Of a DNA stretch of 64,000 nt, positions 31,418 through 42,075 are shown in pieces (position 1 is the stretch's first letter; each line of letters starts with the position of its first letter). The translations under genes and the position numbers were made by a program. Under the pieces are notes generated by a model. The model saw only the letters and a program-made list of their open reading frames with translations, did no database searches and had not been told where the DNA came from. The stretch comes from a virus (Duplodnaviria > Caudoviricetes), in the IMG/VR virus record IMGVR_UViG_3300047159_000056, positions 128,001-192,000 of that record. The stretch is one strand, 5' to 3'.

Positions 31418-32550
31418 TTGCTTTTTAATATCTGGTTATCTTCAACCTTATTTTTTCCACTTATATCTTCACTATCAAGCTCTAGATTTATTTCCTTTAA
31501 GAACTCATATCTAGAATCTTTGACCTCATAAAAATTAAGCTCACACCTAAATTGACATTGATGAGCGAAATTAGCACTATCATCTTGTTGATAGCTATTT
31601 CCATTCTCAAAATTATCAGTAAGATTAAACCACTTAACTGCAGCAGTCCATCTTTCTCCATACCGATCTGTAGTCTTAAACTCTACTAGATTTGTTAAAA
31701 GATCTACATTGGAATATTTATTTTTAAAATCATGAAACAAAACCATATCAGGAGTATGTAATGTAAAATCTACTCCTTGCCTATGAGATATTATTCCATT
31801 CTCAGTATCACGTCTTTTAGGGTGGGAATATAAGATTGGTGTTTGATTAAATTGGTATGTTATATAAGATGTTTTTACCAGTGAAACCTCTTTATTAAGT
31901 CTAACTAGCTCTACGCCATAATCATCAAGAATTCTTCTCATTTCAAGAATAAACTGATCTTGATAATCAACCTCTCTTATAACATAGTCATTATATCGTT
32001 TTCTAAGAGTATAAACTGTCTCGGAATTAGAATCTAGATCTATATCATAGTCAATTATAATTTTAGGGAAGTTTCTTATTTCATAACCAACCGGCATTTT
32101 TCCAACTGGTTGTAAGAATAAAAGATTTCCCGAATAGAATAGAAAGTTTATAAATTTTGGATCTTTATAATCTTTCACATTCACTACAATTACAGTTCTA
32201 GAATAACTTTGTACTACTCTTGATTCGGAGTCTGATACTATAACAATATTTATAACATGGGAATCCCTTGTTAACCTTCTTAGCTTAAATCCATTAAGGG
32301 TTACTGTTGTAGTCTTAAATTTATCAGCTATAGATCCCGTAGGTTCCATTTCTAATCCATCGTTTCCAACAGTAGGTATTCCTAGGGCAACTGATAGAGA
32401 CTTCGCAGTGCTTCCAGCTACATACGTAAGTGTCAAGCAAGAAGTTTTTGTATCTTCAACAATAGAATTAGTAGAACCTTCATTAACCTGAAAATATCTA
32501 CACTTGGTCGTTCTTAATCGAAGACCTCTATAAATTACCTCGTTATTCAT
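31414..32550 (-). CDS. putative virion structural protein (tail completion-like)
   Basis: 378 aa, beta-rich, no leader; position among head-tail genes. Confidence 0.35.
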   Translation of the reverse strand: MNNEVIYRGLRLRTTKCRYFQVNEGSTNSIVEDTKTSCLTLTYVAGSTAKSLSVALGIPTVGNDGLEMEPTGSIADKFKTTTVTLNGFKLRRLTRDSHVINIVIVSDSESRVVQSYSRTVIVVNVKDYKDPKFINFLFYSGNLLFLQPVGKMPVGYEIRNFPKIIIDYDIDLDSNSETVYTLRKRYNDYVIREVDYQDQFILEMRRILDDYGVELVRLNKEVSLVKTSYITYQFNQTPILYSHPKRRDTENGIISHRQGVDFTLHTPDMVLFHDFKNKYSNVDLLTNLVEFKTTDRYGERWTAAVKWFNLTDNFENGNSYQQDDSANFAHQCQFRCELNFYEVKDSRYEFLKEINLELDSEDISGKNKVEDNQILKSK

Positions 32551-32925
32551 TTATTTAGTAAATCTATTAAGCATTCTCTTTCCAACTTTTTCTGCTCTAG
32601 AAGCTAATTGATTAGAGGTCAATGCAGTCTTTCCCTTAGATACTAAATAATTATTCAAATTATTAGCTGAAGCTTTTCCATATTTTTCCGCTCCGGATAA
32701 TACCATATTTCCAGATTTTAGTGCTCTACCAGCTCCCATCCAGGCTTTGTTTGCTCCCATGGCTGCCTTTGCTCCAAACACTCCGTTTCTAGCTCCAGCT
32801 ACTGCTAATGCTGCTGTACCCAGGGCTCCTGCTCCAATAGCTAATTTCTTACCAAGCCCCATACCTTGTTTAGGCTGTTGATCGTCATCACTATAGGTTT
32901 TTCTTTTTAAAATATATGTTGCCAT
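32551..32925 (-). CDS. leader-bearing basic hydrophobic-helix protein
   Basis: MATYILKRKTYS; KKLAIGAGALGTAALAVAGAR. Confidence 0.6.
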   Translation of the reverse strand: MATYILKRKTYSDDDQQPKQGMGLGKKLAIGAGALGTAALAVAGARNGVFGAKAAMGANKAWMGAGRALKSGNMVLSGAEKYGKASANNLNNYLVSKGKTALTSNQLASRAEKVGKRMLNRFTK

Positions 32926-32941
32926 AATTTAGTATATCCTT

Positions 32942-33178
32942 TTAATATCCTTCACCATTTTCCTTACCCATATCACCGGTAGCTACATCCTTAAGAGTAC
33001 TACCAGCCTTTACAGCTCCAATACCTAATCCAGCTGCAGCGGTTGCACCAGTTGCTCCTGCTATAAGCTTTGTTTTGGATATTCCAGCTAGAGCATTTTC
33101 TCCTTTAGCTGCACTAGAGCCCATTTTAAACAAGCTAGCAAGTCCAAATGTTTTTCTCTTTAATGTATATGTTGCCAT
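32942..33178 (-). CDS. leader-bearing glycine/alanine-rich peptide
   Basis: MATYTLKRKTFG; first gene after the capsid gene. Confidence 0.6.
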   Translation of the reverse strand: MATYTLKRKTFGLASLFKMGSSAAKGENALAGISKTKLIAGATGATAAAGLGIGAVKAGSTLKDVATGDMGKENGEGY

Positions 33179-33315
33179 CTTTTTATATATATTTTATAAA
33201 AGAAGAGGAACTCACTCAAGGCCTTTTATAACCTTAAGAGAATCCCTCTGTTTTATATTACTATCCTTTTATTGCTTAAGGAATGACTATAAGAGTTTAT
33301 AAGTCATTCAAAGGA

Positions 33316-34770
33316 TTAGAGTCCAATCTTGAAGGTAACTTTCTGTACCAACTCAGGAGCCATAGTGCGAACACCTTCCTGATAGTAGATACCAGAAGCC
33401 ATCTGTGTAGGATTGCTGTAGTTACCAATAGTTGGAGTATCTGTCAAAGGCATATAAATACCACGTGCAAGAGGAGCCATCTGACCGTCAGCAGTCTTGT
33501 GAATAGCATAGAATGTACCTTCACCGGTTGCTTCAGTGATATCAGTTGAACGGAGAACTGGAACACCATCATACCAACCTAAGAGGTCATTGATGTATGT
33601 CATCTTCGTATTCTTCTCAAATTTACCAATCATTCCACCTTTCTGGAACTGGTTAGAAGCTGCGTTACCTGCAACATAAGCTGTAGTATTGACACCCTTA
33701 ACAGCCTTTGTAGCAAGAGCTGTTTCAACATCAATCAGGTATGCATCAAACATATCAATTCTAGAACGATAATCCATGAACTGTTTTGTTAGACCAGTAC
33801 TAGCTGTGCTAAGGTCAAGGTCAGTCATAGTAGTTCCATGAGCCTCTGTATAACCATTCTCCAAAGTAGTAACAAGACGATAGTTAATCATCTTTGTATA
33901 CAACTCACGTAGTTTGGTGAACAGGAATGTAGCCATATCAGAACCAGTGGCTTTCTTCATTGCACCGAGAGCAGCGATATTGTACTCAGCTACCAACATA
34001 TCGGGTACTGTAGACAAACCAATCTGTTGCATCTTAGCAATAAATCTCTTATCATTTGCATGTGCATTTGCAGATCCAGTTGTACAGCTAGGTGTACCTG
34101 TAACATCCTCTTTACCTACAATAGTAATAGACTCTTTCGTAGCATCACCAGTCAAAGCTGTGCTAAGAGAGAATGTAATCTTACCATTCAGGTAGTTTAC
34201 TTCAGAAGATTTCAGTTTACCAGCAACAGCCATGAATGTTCCCTGACCGTTATCAATCAGTTCATAAGATTCGGTTGCATTCTTAATCTTAATACGCAAT
34301 GAACCTGGGATCAATTTACGACCAACTAGTGAGTTATAATCAGCTGTAGCAGCCGGAGTGATTTCAAGTTCAAATCCACCCATAGAGTTAATATCCTGGT
34401 AGCTATCTGCACCAAGGTTAGGAATAACTGGACGTAGATCCGTTACACCAAGAACGTCAAACCAATAGAACAAACCATTAGGCTGATCAAAGTCACGTTC
34501 AATTGACATATAACCTGCAAAAGAGCTTACATAAGAAGCAACTGATGCATTAAAATATTGAGTACTCAAAAGCGGAGTCTCTGCATAACCAGAGAACAAT
34601 TTCTGCTGTAGATTGCTCTGTGTACCAAATACGTCTCTCATATCTTCATTACGTGAGAACATTTTGACATATTCGTTCGCACGCATCTTAGCATCTGTAT
34701 CAGACACTGAACTTCCACGCAAAGCCTGTTGCATTGCGGTATTCTGTGAAATAAGCTGTGAATAATCCAT
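33316..34770 (-). CDS. major capsid protein (T4 gp23-like, HK97 fold)
   Basis: 484 aa; DQPNGLFYW, GIYMPL...NPTQ...G C-terminal gp23-like motifs; follows scaffold and protease. Confidence 0.8.
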   Translation of the reverse strand: MDYSQLISQNTAMQQALRGSSVSDTDAKMRANEYVKMFSRNEDMRDVFGTQSNLQQKLFSGYAETPLLSTQYFNASVASYVSSFAGYMSIERDFDQPNGLFYWFDVLGVTDLRPVIPNLGADSYQDINSMGGFELEITPAATADYNSLVGRKLIPGSLRIKIKNATESYELIDNGQGTFMAVAGKLKSSEVNYLNGKITFSLSTALTGDATKESITIVGKEDVTGTPSCTTGSANAHANDKRFIAKMQQIGLSTVPDMLVAEYNIAALGAMKKATGSDMATFLFTKLRELYTKMINYRLVTTLENGYTEAHGTTMTDLDLSTASTGLTKQFMDYRSRIDMFDAYLIDVETALATKAVKGVNTTAYVAGNAASNQFQKGGMIGKFEKNTKMTYINDLLGWYDGVPVLRSTDITEATGEGTFYAIHKTADGQMAPLARGIYMPLTDTPTIGNYSNPTQMASGIYYQEGVRTMAPELVQKVTFKIGL

Positions 34771-34793
34771 TTTATCTTATTATTTATTTTTTA

Positions 34794-37340
34794 TTATTTT
34801 AACTCTCCAAGCCAAGATACTAGGGTATCTGCGGAGTTTTCGTTGTCGCTGAATGTTCTTTCTTCAGCTTCATAATCATAATCAGAGAATGTTGCTTCCT
34901 GAAGGTCGGGTTCTGCACTAGCTGCTGGAGCTGCTTTAGCCTCTGCAATAGTTGCTGCTGCATCTGCTGCGGCTGCTTGGATACCCTGGATAGCTGCTTC
35001 TGCTTTATCCTCTGCCTCTTCAACAGTAGGAGCTACAGGAACTGCTGCTACCTGACCAGTTGTAGGATCTACCTGAACTGGAACTTCATTACCTTGCTCG
35101 TTCTGAACTGTAGGAACTGCTGCCTGTGCTGGAACCTGTCCGGGAGCTGCTGGAGCAACCTGATTCATTGCAATGTCTGCAAAGAATTTATCAAGTACTC
35201 TATCATCTGAATAAGAGAATTTCTTATCCTCATCCTTTTCATTATCCTCTACAGCAAGACCATCTGTTAGTTCGTCTGCCTCATCCTCATCAATCTTATC
35301 AACTGACATCTCATCTTCGTTGTCAATTGTAGCCTTAGTAAATTCACCATTAGCCTTATCTTCAATAACGGCAGTCTTAGCATCAACAGGAGTAATAACT
35401 TCACTCTCGTTTTCAATCTGATCACCTGAAGCAATAGCATCTTCAATTTCATCCTGATCGGCCTCTTCACTAAATAGTCTCAGCATATAGTCTGTAAACT
35501 CTTCATTCTCTGAGAAGAACTTAGTTTCTGCTTCATCAGTATAAATTTCTGAACACTCTTTCTCTTCAGCATCTTCTTCACCCTCTGCAGGTGCTTCATC
35601 TAGATCTTCTTCGTTATCTTCAACGGCTAGATCTTCAGTCAGATTATCTGCTTCATCTTCGCTAATTGGATGTAGATTAATAGTATCTTCATCTGTTATA
35701 GTAGCTTTCGTAAATTCACCATTAGCCTTATCCTCTACCACTGCAGTCTTAGAATCAACTGGAGTAATAACCTCTGTGTCATTCTCTACTTGATCACCTT
35801 CTTCAATAGCAGATTCAATTTCATTCTGGTCAGACACGTCACTATAAACTCTAACCATGTAGTCAGTGAATTCCTCGTTTTCAGAGAAGAATCTTGTTTC
35901 TGAATCATCCGTATAAATTTCAGAACATTCTTTCTCTTCCTCGTCTCCCTCATCTTCTACTTCGTCTTCGTCATCTTCTGACTCATCTTCATCTTTACCA
36001 TCACCAGCTGTAGCACCAGGAGCATCAGCAGCCATTGTCTTCTTAATATTACTTTCATCCTCAATAACACTCAAGTCTTCTGTAATATCTTTAGCTTCCT
36101 CTGGACTGATCTTCTCAAGTTTTACATCCTCGTTGGTAAGAGTAGCTTTTGTAGTCTCACCAGTATTTTTATCTTCAATTACTGCATTTTGTGCATCAAC
36201 CGGAGTGATAACCTCATCGTCTGTTTCAATTTGGTCACCATTATCGATTGCATCTGAGATAGTGTCTTGCATTTCAGATACACCATCTACTGTTTCTGAG
36301 AACATTCTGCACATATAGTCAGTGTTATCATCTACGTAGGATGTAAAGAATACATCATGATCTGAATATTCTGCCTGTACCGGCTCTTCAACATCACCTT
36401 CTTTTACGCCCAGACCATTTAGAAGATTAATGGCATAATCACGAGCCTCTTCCTGATTATCAAAAATCTGTACGGCATCTACACCATCTTCTGTTAACTG
36501 CTGAGCAAGTTCGTCTGCTGATTCCTGTGAATATTCTGGAGCATCTACAATAACATGATCTATTGTGTCAACACCTACTACGAATAGAGGCATAAACTGT
36601 TCGTCATTGCTAAATGTCTTAGAATCTAGTTCTGTAACATTCATATTTTCGTTATCTAATTCAACCTTAGCCTGGTCACCAGTTGTCTCGTCTGTTACAA
36701 CTACTGCATTGTCCTCGTCACCGACCTTTTCAATTTTTAGATCACCAACTTTTGCTGTATCCTCACTCTCAATAACTTCTGAGAAGATTCTTTCACAAAA
36801 TTCCTGATCTGAGAAAATTCTTTGTACTACAGTATTGTCTGTACTAACTGAGAATTCCTTTTCTCCCTCGTCACCACATGTACAAGGCTCATTTCCACAC
36901 TCTGGACATGGCTCTTCCATTTCAGCAACTTTACGTTCGTGGCCAGCACTTGGATTTAGTCCACCATCTTCTAGGTTTGGAGAGATAACACTCCCATTAC
37001 TAAAATGATTCTTAACGTTTTCATCACTTGCACCTACCTGATTACCAACTTTAATACTACCATCTACTACTGACGGATGGAGAAATTTTTCCAACTGACC
37101 ATCCGGAACAGCGATAAGATCATAAGTATCAGCTGCATCAGAAGCCGCTTGTGCTATCGTTACTTCACCATTTTCTTTATCTGTAATAGCAACATTGCCA
37201 TCACCTACATGTTTATAATTAACTTCATCAGTATCAACTTCACCATTATCCTGTGCGGACTTGATGTCATTGTCTACCTGATCTGCCAGTTCCTCATCAT
37301 TGTTTGAGAACATGACTTGCATGAATCTAGTAGTTTTCAC
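34794..37340 (-). CDS. prohead core/scaffold protein, very acidic, internally repeated
   Basis: 848 aa D/E-rich; three ~100-aa repeats (GDQ.E...EVITPVD...AV.EDK..GE.TKAT); ten or more xx[FY]S sites. Confidence 0.7.
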   Translation of the reverse strand: MKTTRFMQVMFSNNDEELADQVDNDIKSAQDNGEVDTDEVNYKHVGDGNVAITDKENGEVTIAQAASDAADTYDLIAVPDGQLEKFLHPSVVDGSIKVGNQVGASDENVKNHFSNGSVISPNLEDGGLNPSAGHERKVAEMEEPCPECGNEPCTCGDEGEKEFSVSTDNTVVQRIFSDQEFCERIFSEVIESEDTAKVGDLKIEKVGDEDNAVVVTDETTGDQAKVELDNENMNVTELDSKTFSNDEQFMPLFVVGVDTIDHVIVDAPEYSQESADELAQQLTEDGVDAVQIFDNQEEARDYAINLLNGLGVKEGDVEEPVQAEYSDHDVFFTSYVDDNTDYMCRMFSETVDGVSEMQDTISDAIDNGDQIETDDEVITPVDAQNAVIEDKNTGETTKATLTNEDVKLEKISPEEAKDITEDLSVIEDESNIKKTMAADAPGATAGDGKDEDESEDDEDEVEDEGDEEEKECSEIYTDDSETRFFSENEEFTDYMVRVYSDVSDQNEIESAIEEGDQVENDTEVITPVDSKTAVVEDKANGEFTKATITDEDTINLHPISEDEADNLTEDLAVEDNEEDLDEAPAEGEEDAEEKECSEIYTDEAETKFFSENEEFTDYMLRLFSEEADQDEIEDAIASGDQIENESEVITPVDAKTAVIEDKANGEFTKATIDNEDEMSVDKIDEDEADELTDGLAVEDNEKDEDKKFSYSDDRVLDKFFADIAMNQVAPAAPGQVPAQAAVPTVQNEQGNEVPVQVDPTTGQVAAVPVAPTVEEAEDKAEAAIQGIQAAAADAAATIAEAKAAPAASAEPDLQEATFSDYDYEAEERTFSDNENSADTLVSWLGELK

Positions 37341-37350
37341 GTTTGTTATT

Positions 37351-38226
37351 TTATTTATTTATAGTTATTTGATTTCCATCAATCCTAATTGCACCATGAG
37401 ATGTTAAGAGGTCTATAATATTATCAGGAGCATCATCATAACGCTCTCTCAAGATATCCATAAACTGCTTAATTCCAAAACTTGTGTTTCCATACTCTAC
37501 CTTTAAGTCAGGTATAATATTAGAATCTGTTAACCAAGCCTCTTCACTATTAGGACCTTCTTCTGCTCCCTCACTAAAATTACTTTCAAAAGGAGGCATT
37601 AAACCGTGAGCCTTTCTAATAATAACAATTCCTTTATCAGGTAGAGCTCCATGATTTTCTAAGTCAGATAATACTTCTTCCTTATCCTTGATTCCTTCAG
37701 TTATTTCAGGATCTAGGTCAAGCTCTTTAGTTACTGTTATAATCAACTTACTAAATAATTTTTCTGTCTGATAAGCGGTGTCAGAGATTTTAACTCCAGA
37801 ATCAGTATTAAGAGCAATACCATTTCCAAGCATCTCTTCAGAATTAGAAAACTCTTTCTGAAAAACGTCAGAAGATATAGTCTTCCCACTATACTCTTTC
37901 AACTTTTTTTCATATGGGTTATCCTTATCAAACAAAGATAACTTACTAACCTTTACTGTTTCTACTGTTTGAGCAGGAGATTCAGGAACAGTCATTAAGT
38001 TAAATCTTTTTCCACCACAATGAGGACATACTAAGTGAGATACATTTGCAGACGTTTCCATAACATATCCACAATCTGAACACTTAACTTTTCTTAGGGT
38101 TACTCCTCCCTCATTGTATTCTTCATTTTCGTGAGAGAATAACTTAATCCTTCTTGTTGAAGAAGTATTGGAGAATATCTTTCTTCTATAGTCATTCCCA
38201 AATAATGATATTCTACTTCTTAACAT
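37351..38226 (-). CDS. head-associated protein with Zn-ribbon
   Basis: CSDC...CPHC; multiple KIFS/KLFS/KEYS/KEFS sites; lies between protease and scaffold. Confidence 0.55.
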   Translation of the reverse strand: MLRSRISLFGNDYRRKIFSNTSSTRRIKLFSHENEEYNEGGVTLRKVKCSDCGYVMETSANVSHLVCPHCGGKRFNLMTVPESPAQTVETVKVSKLSLFDKDNPYEKKLKEYSGKTISSDVFQKEFSNSEEMLGNGIALNTDSGVKISDTAYQTEKLFSKLIITVTKELDLDPEITEGIKDKEEVLSDLENHGALPDKGIVIIRKAHGLMPPFESNFSEGAEEGPNSEEAWLTDSNIIPDLKVEYGNTSFGIKQFMDILRERYDDAPDNIIDLLTSHGAIRIDGNQITINK

Positions 38227-39454
38227 TCTTATCCCCTCCTTCTGTTGACTCCTCTAAGGCGGCCTGTTCTACAATACCCTCTGGTAATGGACTAGCACCA
38301 AATACTTCATCAGTCATAGCTTTTATAAATTCTGTATAAGCTTCCTGAATCTTCTTGTACCTCATAGGAGATATTTTGCCTGTCTTAGATATTTCTTGCA
38401 TAGCATATCTATAAGGCATCTGTAAATTTTGTGCAGCAACTCTTACATTCTTTCCCAGAGAAGATGCACCAATTAAGGTATTTATTTGTTTACCAGAAAT
38501 AATATCTGCATTAATACCTTTAATTATATCCAAAACATCTGTGGCAAAAAGTGACTTCATCGTTTTTAGAGTTTCAGGATCAGGCTTCCCAGCTCTCATT
38601 GCCTGCTTGTAATCTATAAACAATCTACGAAATCTCATTCTAGGACTCATCTTAGAAATTCTAACTCTTTCCTTTATTGCAGATGCGGAAAATTGTTTTG
38701 TCTTTAGGCTTTCTCCAACCTCTTCTATTGTACTATTTAGACTGAACTCTTTAGCTTTTAGTACAGTAAAGTGATTGTCTATCTTAGAGGTCTTAGCTAT
38801 ATTATCAGCACCCAAGACACTAAGGTCTGAGAATGATTTTACTTTAAGACCATCATACTTAAGATCATTACTAGTATCAGAAAAACCTCTTTCTTCATCT
38901 ATCGCTGCAATTACTTTTCCATTCTCAGTAACACTAACTACTTGAGCTTTCTTCCAAGAGGGATTCAGTGTGTAGTCGAAGGATTTTATATTAACTAGTT
39001 TCTTCAATACATCACCTGAGTTTGTACTATCCCAATAACCAAGAATTACAGCACTGGCACCTATAAGACACCCGTTCATGAGAAGACCTTTCAATCTTCT
39101 AATATTCTGTTTTGCATTTTCATCCAATGACTCTTCATCTAGGATTTTAGCATTCGCATATAACCAACCATCACCCTCAATTTCAAGAGAAGTTATATAG
39201 TGTGTTGGTGAAGCATCCATAATATCTAAGAGCATATCATCTTTTCCTATTGTATTCTTTACACCAGGATTCAATGACTTAGCACCAGTAGATATATTTC
39301 TTGCTCTGTGCGTAAGAGTTCCTAACATCTTATGCGAAGCAATAGCATTCTTATATTCTGTGCTTTCTAGATATTGACGAACTACCTCTACTGGAATGTG
39401 ACTACCATCCGACGCAGGTTCATTAAATGAAAGGAGTTTAACTCGTACTTCCAT
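38213..39454 (-). CDS. prohead maturation protease (T4 gp21-like)
   Basis: LGTLTH (His), IGAS (Ser), FDYTLNPS motifs; upstream of scaffold and capsid genes. Confidence 0.8.
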   Translation of the reverse strand: MEVRVKLLSFNEPASDGSHIPVEVVRQYLESTEYKNAIASHKMLGTLTHRARNISTGAKSLNPGVKNTIGKDDMLLDIMDASPTHYITSLEIEGDGWLYANAKILDEESLDENAKQNIRRLKGLLMNGCLIGASAVILGYWDSTNSGDVLKKLVNIKSFDYTLNPSWKKAQVVSVTENGKVIAAIDEERGFSDTSNDLKYDGLKVKSFSDLSVLGADNIAKTSKIDNHFTVLKAKEFSLNSTIEEVGESLKTKQFSASAIKERVRISKMSPRMRFRRLFIDYKQAMRAGKPDPETLKTMKSLFATDVLDIIKGINADIISGKQINTLIGASSLGKNVRVAAQNLQMPYRYAMQEISKTGKISPMRYKKIQEAYTEFIKAMTDEVFGASPLPEGIVEQAALEESTEGGDKNVKK

Positions 39455-39489
39455 ATCTATTTTTTATTATATTATTTTTATTACCTAAG

Positions 39490-39540
39490 TTCCCAGAATC
39501 CAATTGAATGGTAGATATCATAAAAATATCGTTCTGGGAA
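39490..39540 (-). ncRNA. three-way-junction RNA element, copy A
   Basis: UUCCCAGAA-C-GAUAU..AUAUC-UA-CCA UUCAAU UGG-A-UUCUGGGAA. Confidence 0.7.
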
Positions 39541-39571
39541 GAGAATTATATATGAACGAATGTGAACAAAA

Positions 39572-40057
39572 TTATTCCTCACTAGTCTGTTCTGGTGCCT
39601 GATTATAGTGCTTCTTGATATATGCCTTCTTAGACATTTTTCCATCAGCAACCTTTTTTAGATCACCATCACTAGACTTATAATAATCATCTATATCTTT
39701 CTCTACTTTTTTCTTAGCAAGATGTTCAGCTCCAATGCCAGCTAATGCTCCTATACCAGATCCAATTAATCTACCTTTTCTAGTATTAAAAGATTTCTTA
39801 GTTGCACTAGCTACAGTATGCCCTAGTAAGCCTCCCATGAGACCAGCCTTTGCATAAGCAGCACCAGGAATAGCGAATTTTTCATTTCTATCTTTTAGAG
39901 CTATTTTTCTTAGCATCTTTTTGTCAGCTCCAGTAAGCTCTTCCTCTTCATCATCCTTAGAAAACAAAGATTCATCAAGATACTCAGTTGTACTGAATAA
40001 TCTCTCTTCACCACTCTCATCTTGCAGTACAGAGAAAACTTTACGTCTTATATACAT
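39572..40057 (-). CDS. MYIRRK-leader glycine-zipper protein
   Basis: MYIRRKVFS...EERLFSTTE leader; C-terminal KVADGKMSK motif shared with 43865 and 44524. Confidence 0.65.
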   Translation of the reverse strand: MYIRRKVFSVLQDESGEERLFSTTEYLDESLFSKDDEEEELTGADKKMLRKIALKDRNEKFAIPGAAYAKAGLMGGLLGHTVASATKKSFNTRKGRLIGSGIGALAGIGAEHLAKKKVEKDIDDYYKSSDGDLKKVADGKMSKKAYIKKHYNQAPEQTSEE

Positions 40058-40062
40058 AGGAT

Positions 40063-40566
40063 TTAATCTTTATTTTTATTCTTAATGTGGTCGTAAAGCT
40101 TATAACCACCATAAGCAGCACCTGTAGCAGCAAGAGCTCCACCAGTAATCTCAGCAGTTAATTTAGCATTTGGATGTTCCTGTGCATATTTAGCAACAGC
40201 AGCTGCGGCCTTCTTAGCAGCATCAGCAGTAACCTTACCACCTGCAGCAGCTTTACCACCAACATATTTACCACCTGCAGCAGCTTTACCACCAACATAT
40301 TTACCACCAGCAGCTACCTTACTTCCTACATACTTTGCACCAGAAGCTACAGCATTACCAACAAATTTTCCACCCTGAACAGCTTTGCCACCTACATATT
40401 TACCTGCAGATACTACTTTATCAGCTGCACCTTTTGCTACTTCCTTTATACCAAACTCTCTCTCATCCAGATAAGAGTCTTCATACATAAATTCAGTTGT
40501 ACTGAATAATCTCTCTTCACCACTCTCATCTTGCAGTACAGAGAAAACTTTACGTCTAATATACAT
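40063..40566 (-). CDS. MYIRRK-leader protein with 11-mer amphipathic repeats and C-terminal anchor
   Basis: GGKYVGGKAAA repeats; 33-bp tandem DNA repeat at ~40236-40308. Confidence 0.65.
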   Translation of the reverse strand: MYIRRKVFSVLQDESGEERLFSTTEFMYEDSYLDEREFGIKEVAKGAADKVVSAGKYVGGKAVQGGKFVGNAVASGAKYVGSKVAAGGKYVGGKAAAGGKYVGGKAAAGGKVTADAAKKAAAAVAKYAQEHPNAKLTAEITGGALAATGAAYGGYKLYDHIKNKNKD

Positions 40567-40638
40567 AACTATTTCTTTTTATTTATTTTATTCATTTATA
40601 CTTCTTTCGAAGCACCCTTATTCATTATAAAGATATTT

Positions 40639-40896
40639 TTATAGATATCTTTTTTCTTTATTTCTTAATCTTCTAAGCTTTTTTATTGGCCTAGTAAAAC
40701 TGAGTACTCTATTTCTAATCTTAGAAGACATTTCACCAACTACAGGAGTATCACCAGCTAAGTTAACTACATGTTCTACACCATCTAGCCCTACATCAAT
40801 TCCGTTATCTATAGCTTTTCCAACTTGAGCAGAACTATATGAGGTTCCTAAAATTGGAATATAACCTGAGTATGTTTTGTCTCTAAGTATTATCAT
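40639..40896 (-). CDS. small leader-bearing protein
   Basis: MIILRDKTYS (identical to 22174). Confidence 0.6.
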   Translation of the reverse strand: MIILRDKTYSGYIPILGTSYSSAQVGKAIDNGIDVGLDGVEHVVNLAGDTPVVGEMSSKIRNRVLSFTRPIKKLRRLRNKEKRYL

Positions 40897-40899
40897 AAA

Positions 40900-41004
40900 C
40901 TAATTGTTATCAGATTCTCTAAGAGGATTAAATAGATTTTCTTTATCTAAGTCTTCTATATTATCCTCTACATTCTTTGTAAATGTTTTTTCTTTTAGTT
41001 TCAT
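40900..41004 (-). CDS. 34-aa peptide with leader-like start
   Basis: MKLKEKTFTKNVEDNIEDLDKENLFNPLRESDNN, read manually. Confidence 0.45.
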   Translation of the reverse strand: MKLKEKTFTKNVEDNIEDLDKENLFNPLRESDNN

Positions 41005-41005
41005 A

Positions 41006-41272
41006 TTACACTAAGAACATTATACCAGCACCTACAATACCACCAATTACCCAAGAAGCAAAATTCCATACATTAAATTTTCTTGACAAAACTAATGTAC
41101 AAACTCCTTCTACAAAAGCACCACTAATAATATCAATAATTATAGCAAGTACCCAAGCATTCTCAGCTGTACCAAGTGATCTCTCCTGCCAAATAGCTAA
41201 AACAGCCAGGATTAAACCTAGGACTGCAAAAAAGATCTTACTGTTAAACAATGTTGTTAAAATGGATTTCAT
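41006..41272 (-). CDS. small three-TM membrane protein (holin candidate)
   Basis: 88 aa with three hydrophobic segments; no leader. Confidence 0.4.
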   Translation of the reverse strand: MKSILTTLFNSKIFFAVLGLILAVLAIWQERSLGTAENAWVLAIIIDIISGAFVEGVCTLVLSRKFNVWNFASWVIGGIVGAGIMFLV

Positions 41273-41290
41273 ATTTTATCCTCCTAATAT

Positions 41291-41755
41291 TTATTTGAAA
41301 GGCATTCCTACTGGAGGAACTGTCTTTGCTTTTGATTTATAAAGACCAGTATTATCATTCATCTTCCTTGTTTCATCGGAAGTCTTCTTTATCTTAATAT
41401 TATTACTCTTCTCCTTCTCAGACTTCTCATCCTCTTGCTTCTGTCTTTGACTAAGCTGCCTCATATCAGACATCTTTTGTTGCTGTTCTAACTTATTTCT
41501 AGCTATCTGATTCTGAACCAACTGCTTTTGTAATTTCATTTGCTGAAGAATTAGTTGTCTAGAAGTAACGTCATTTGTTCTTTGTGCAGCTGACTGTTGA
41601 GCTGATACTTCTGGGGAAACCTGTTGCTGAGCTTGAGCCTGAGATTGTTGTGGAGAAATCATTACCTGTGAACCATCTGTAGGAACATCAGTCTGATCCC
41701 CTTGTACACCCTCCGGATTCTCAAGAGTAAACGACTTTCTTCTTAGTAGTATCAT
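41291..41755 (-). CDS. leader-bearing Q-rich coiled-coil protein
   Basis: MILLRRKSFT. Confidence 0.6.
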   Translation of the reverse strand: MILLRRKSFTLENPEGVQGDQTDVPTDGSQVMISPQQSQAQAQQQVSPEVSAQQSAAQRTNDVTSRQLILQQMKLQKQLVQNQIARNKLEQQQKMSDMRQLSQRQKQEDEKSEKEKSNNIKIKKTSDETRKMNDNTGLYKSKAKTVPPVGMPFK

Positions 41756-42066
41756 TTTTTGTCTTTATCTTTATTTCCGTATTTCTTTTTATTCTTATAG
41801 TGCTTATATGCTGAATAACCACCAACTATGGCAGTTCCAGCTAAGAGAGTATTTCTAAGCATAGGTTCTTTTAGAGCACCCTTAATTGTCTTATCCTCAA
41901 AAAACTTCTTAGGTATAGGTTTGCCATCTACCTTAGCTTTTTTTACAAGATGATTAAGCAATATATCTGTACCAGCCAAAGCACCTAAACCTCCTGCTGC
42001 CATAGCACTTTTTGAAGCTAAACTCTTATCTAACATCTCTCTTTCTTCATCAGTTAATTTTTTCAT
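41752..42066 (-). CDS. basic protein with two hydrophobic helices
   Basis: C-terminal GGYSAYKHYKNKK anchor shared with the leader family, but no leader. Confidence 0.55.
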   Translation of the reverse strand: MKKLTDEEREMLDKSLASKSAMAAGGLGALAGTDILLNHLVKKAKVDGKPIPKKFFEDKTIKGALKEPMLRNTLLAGTAIVGGYSAYKHYKNKKKYGNKDKDKK

Positions 42067-42075
42067 AATAAAGTT

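Noticed and set aside
39987-40567. Duplicated leader DNA as a diversity-generating retroelement TR/VR pair
   Set aside because: No adenine-specific mismatch pattern, the repeats are at 5' gene ends, and no reverse transcriptase is present in the window.
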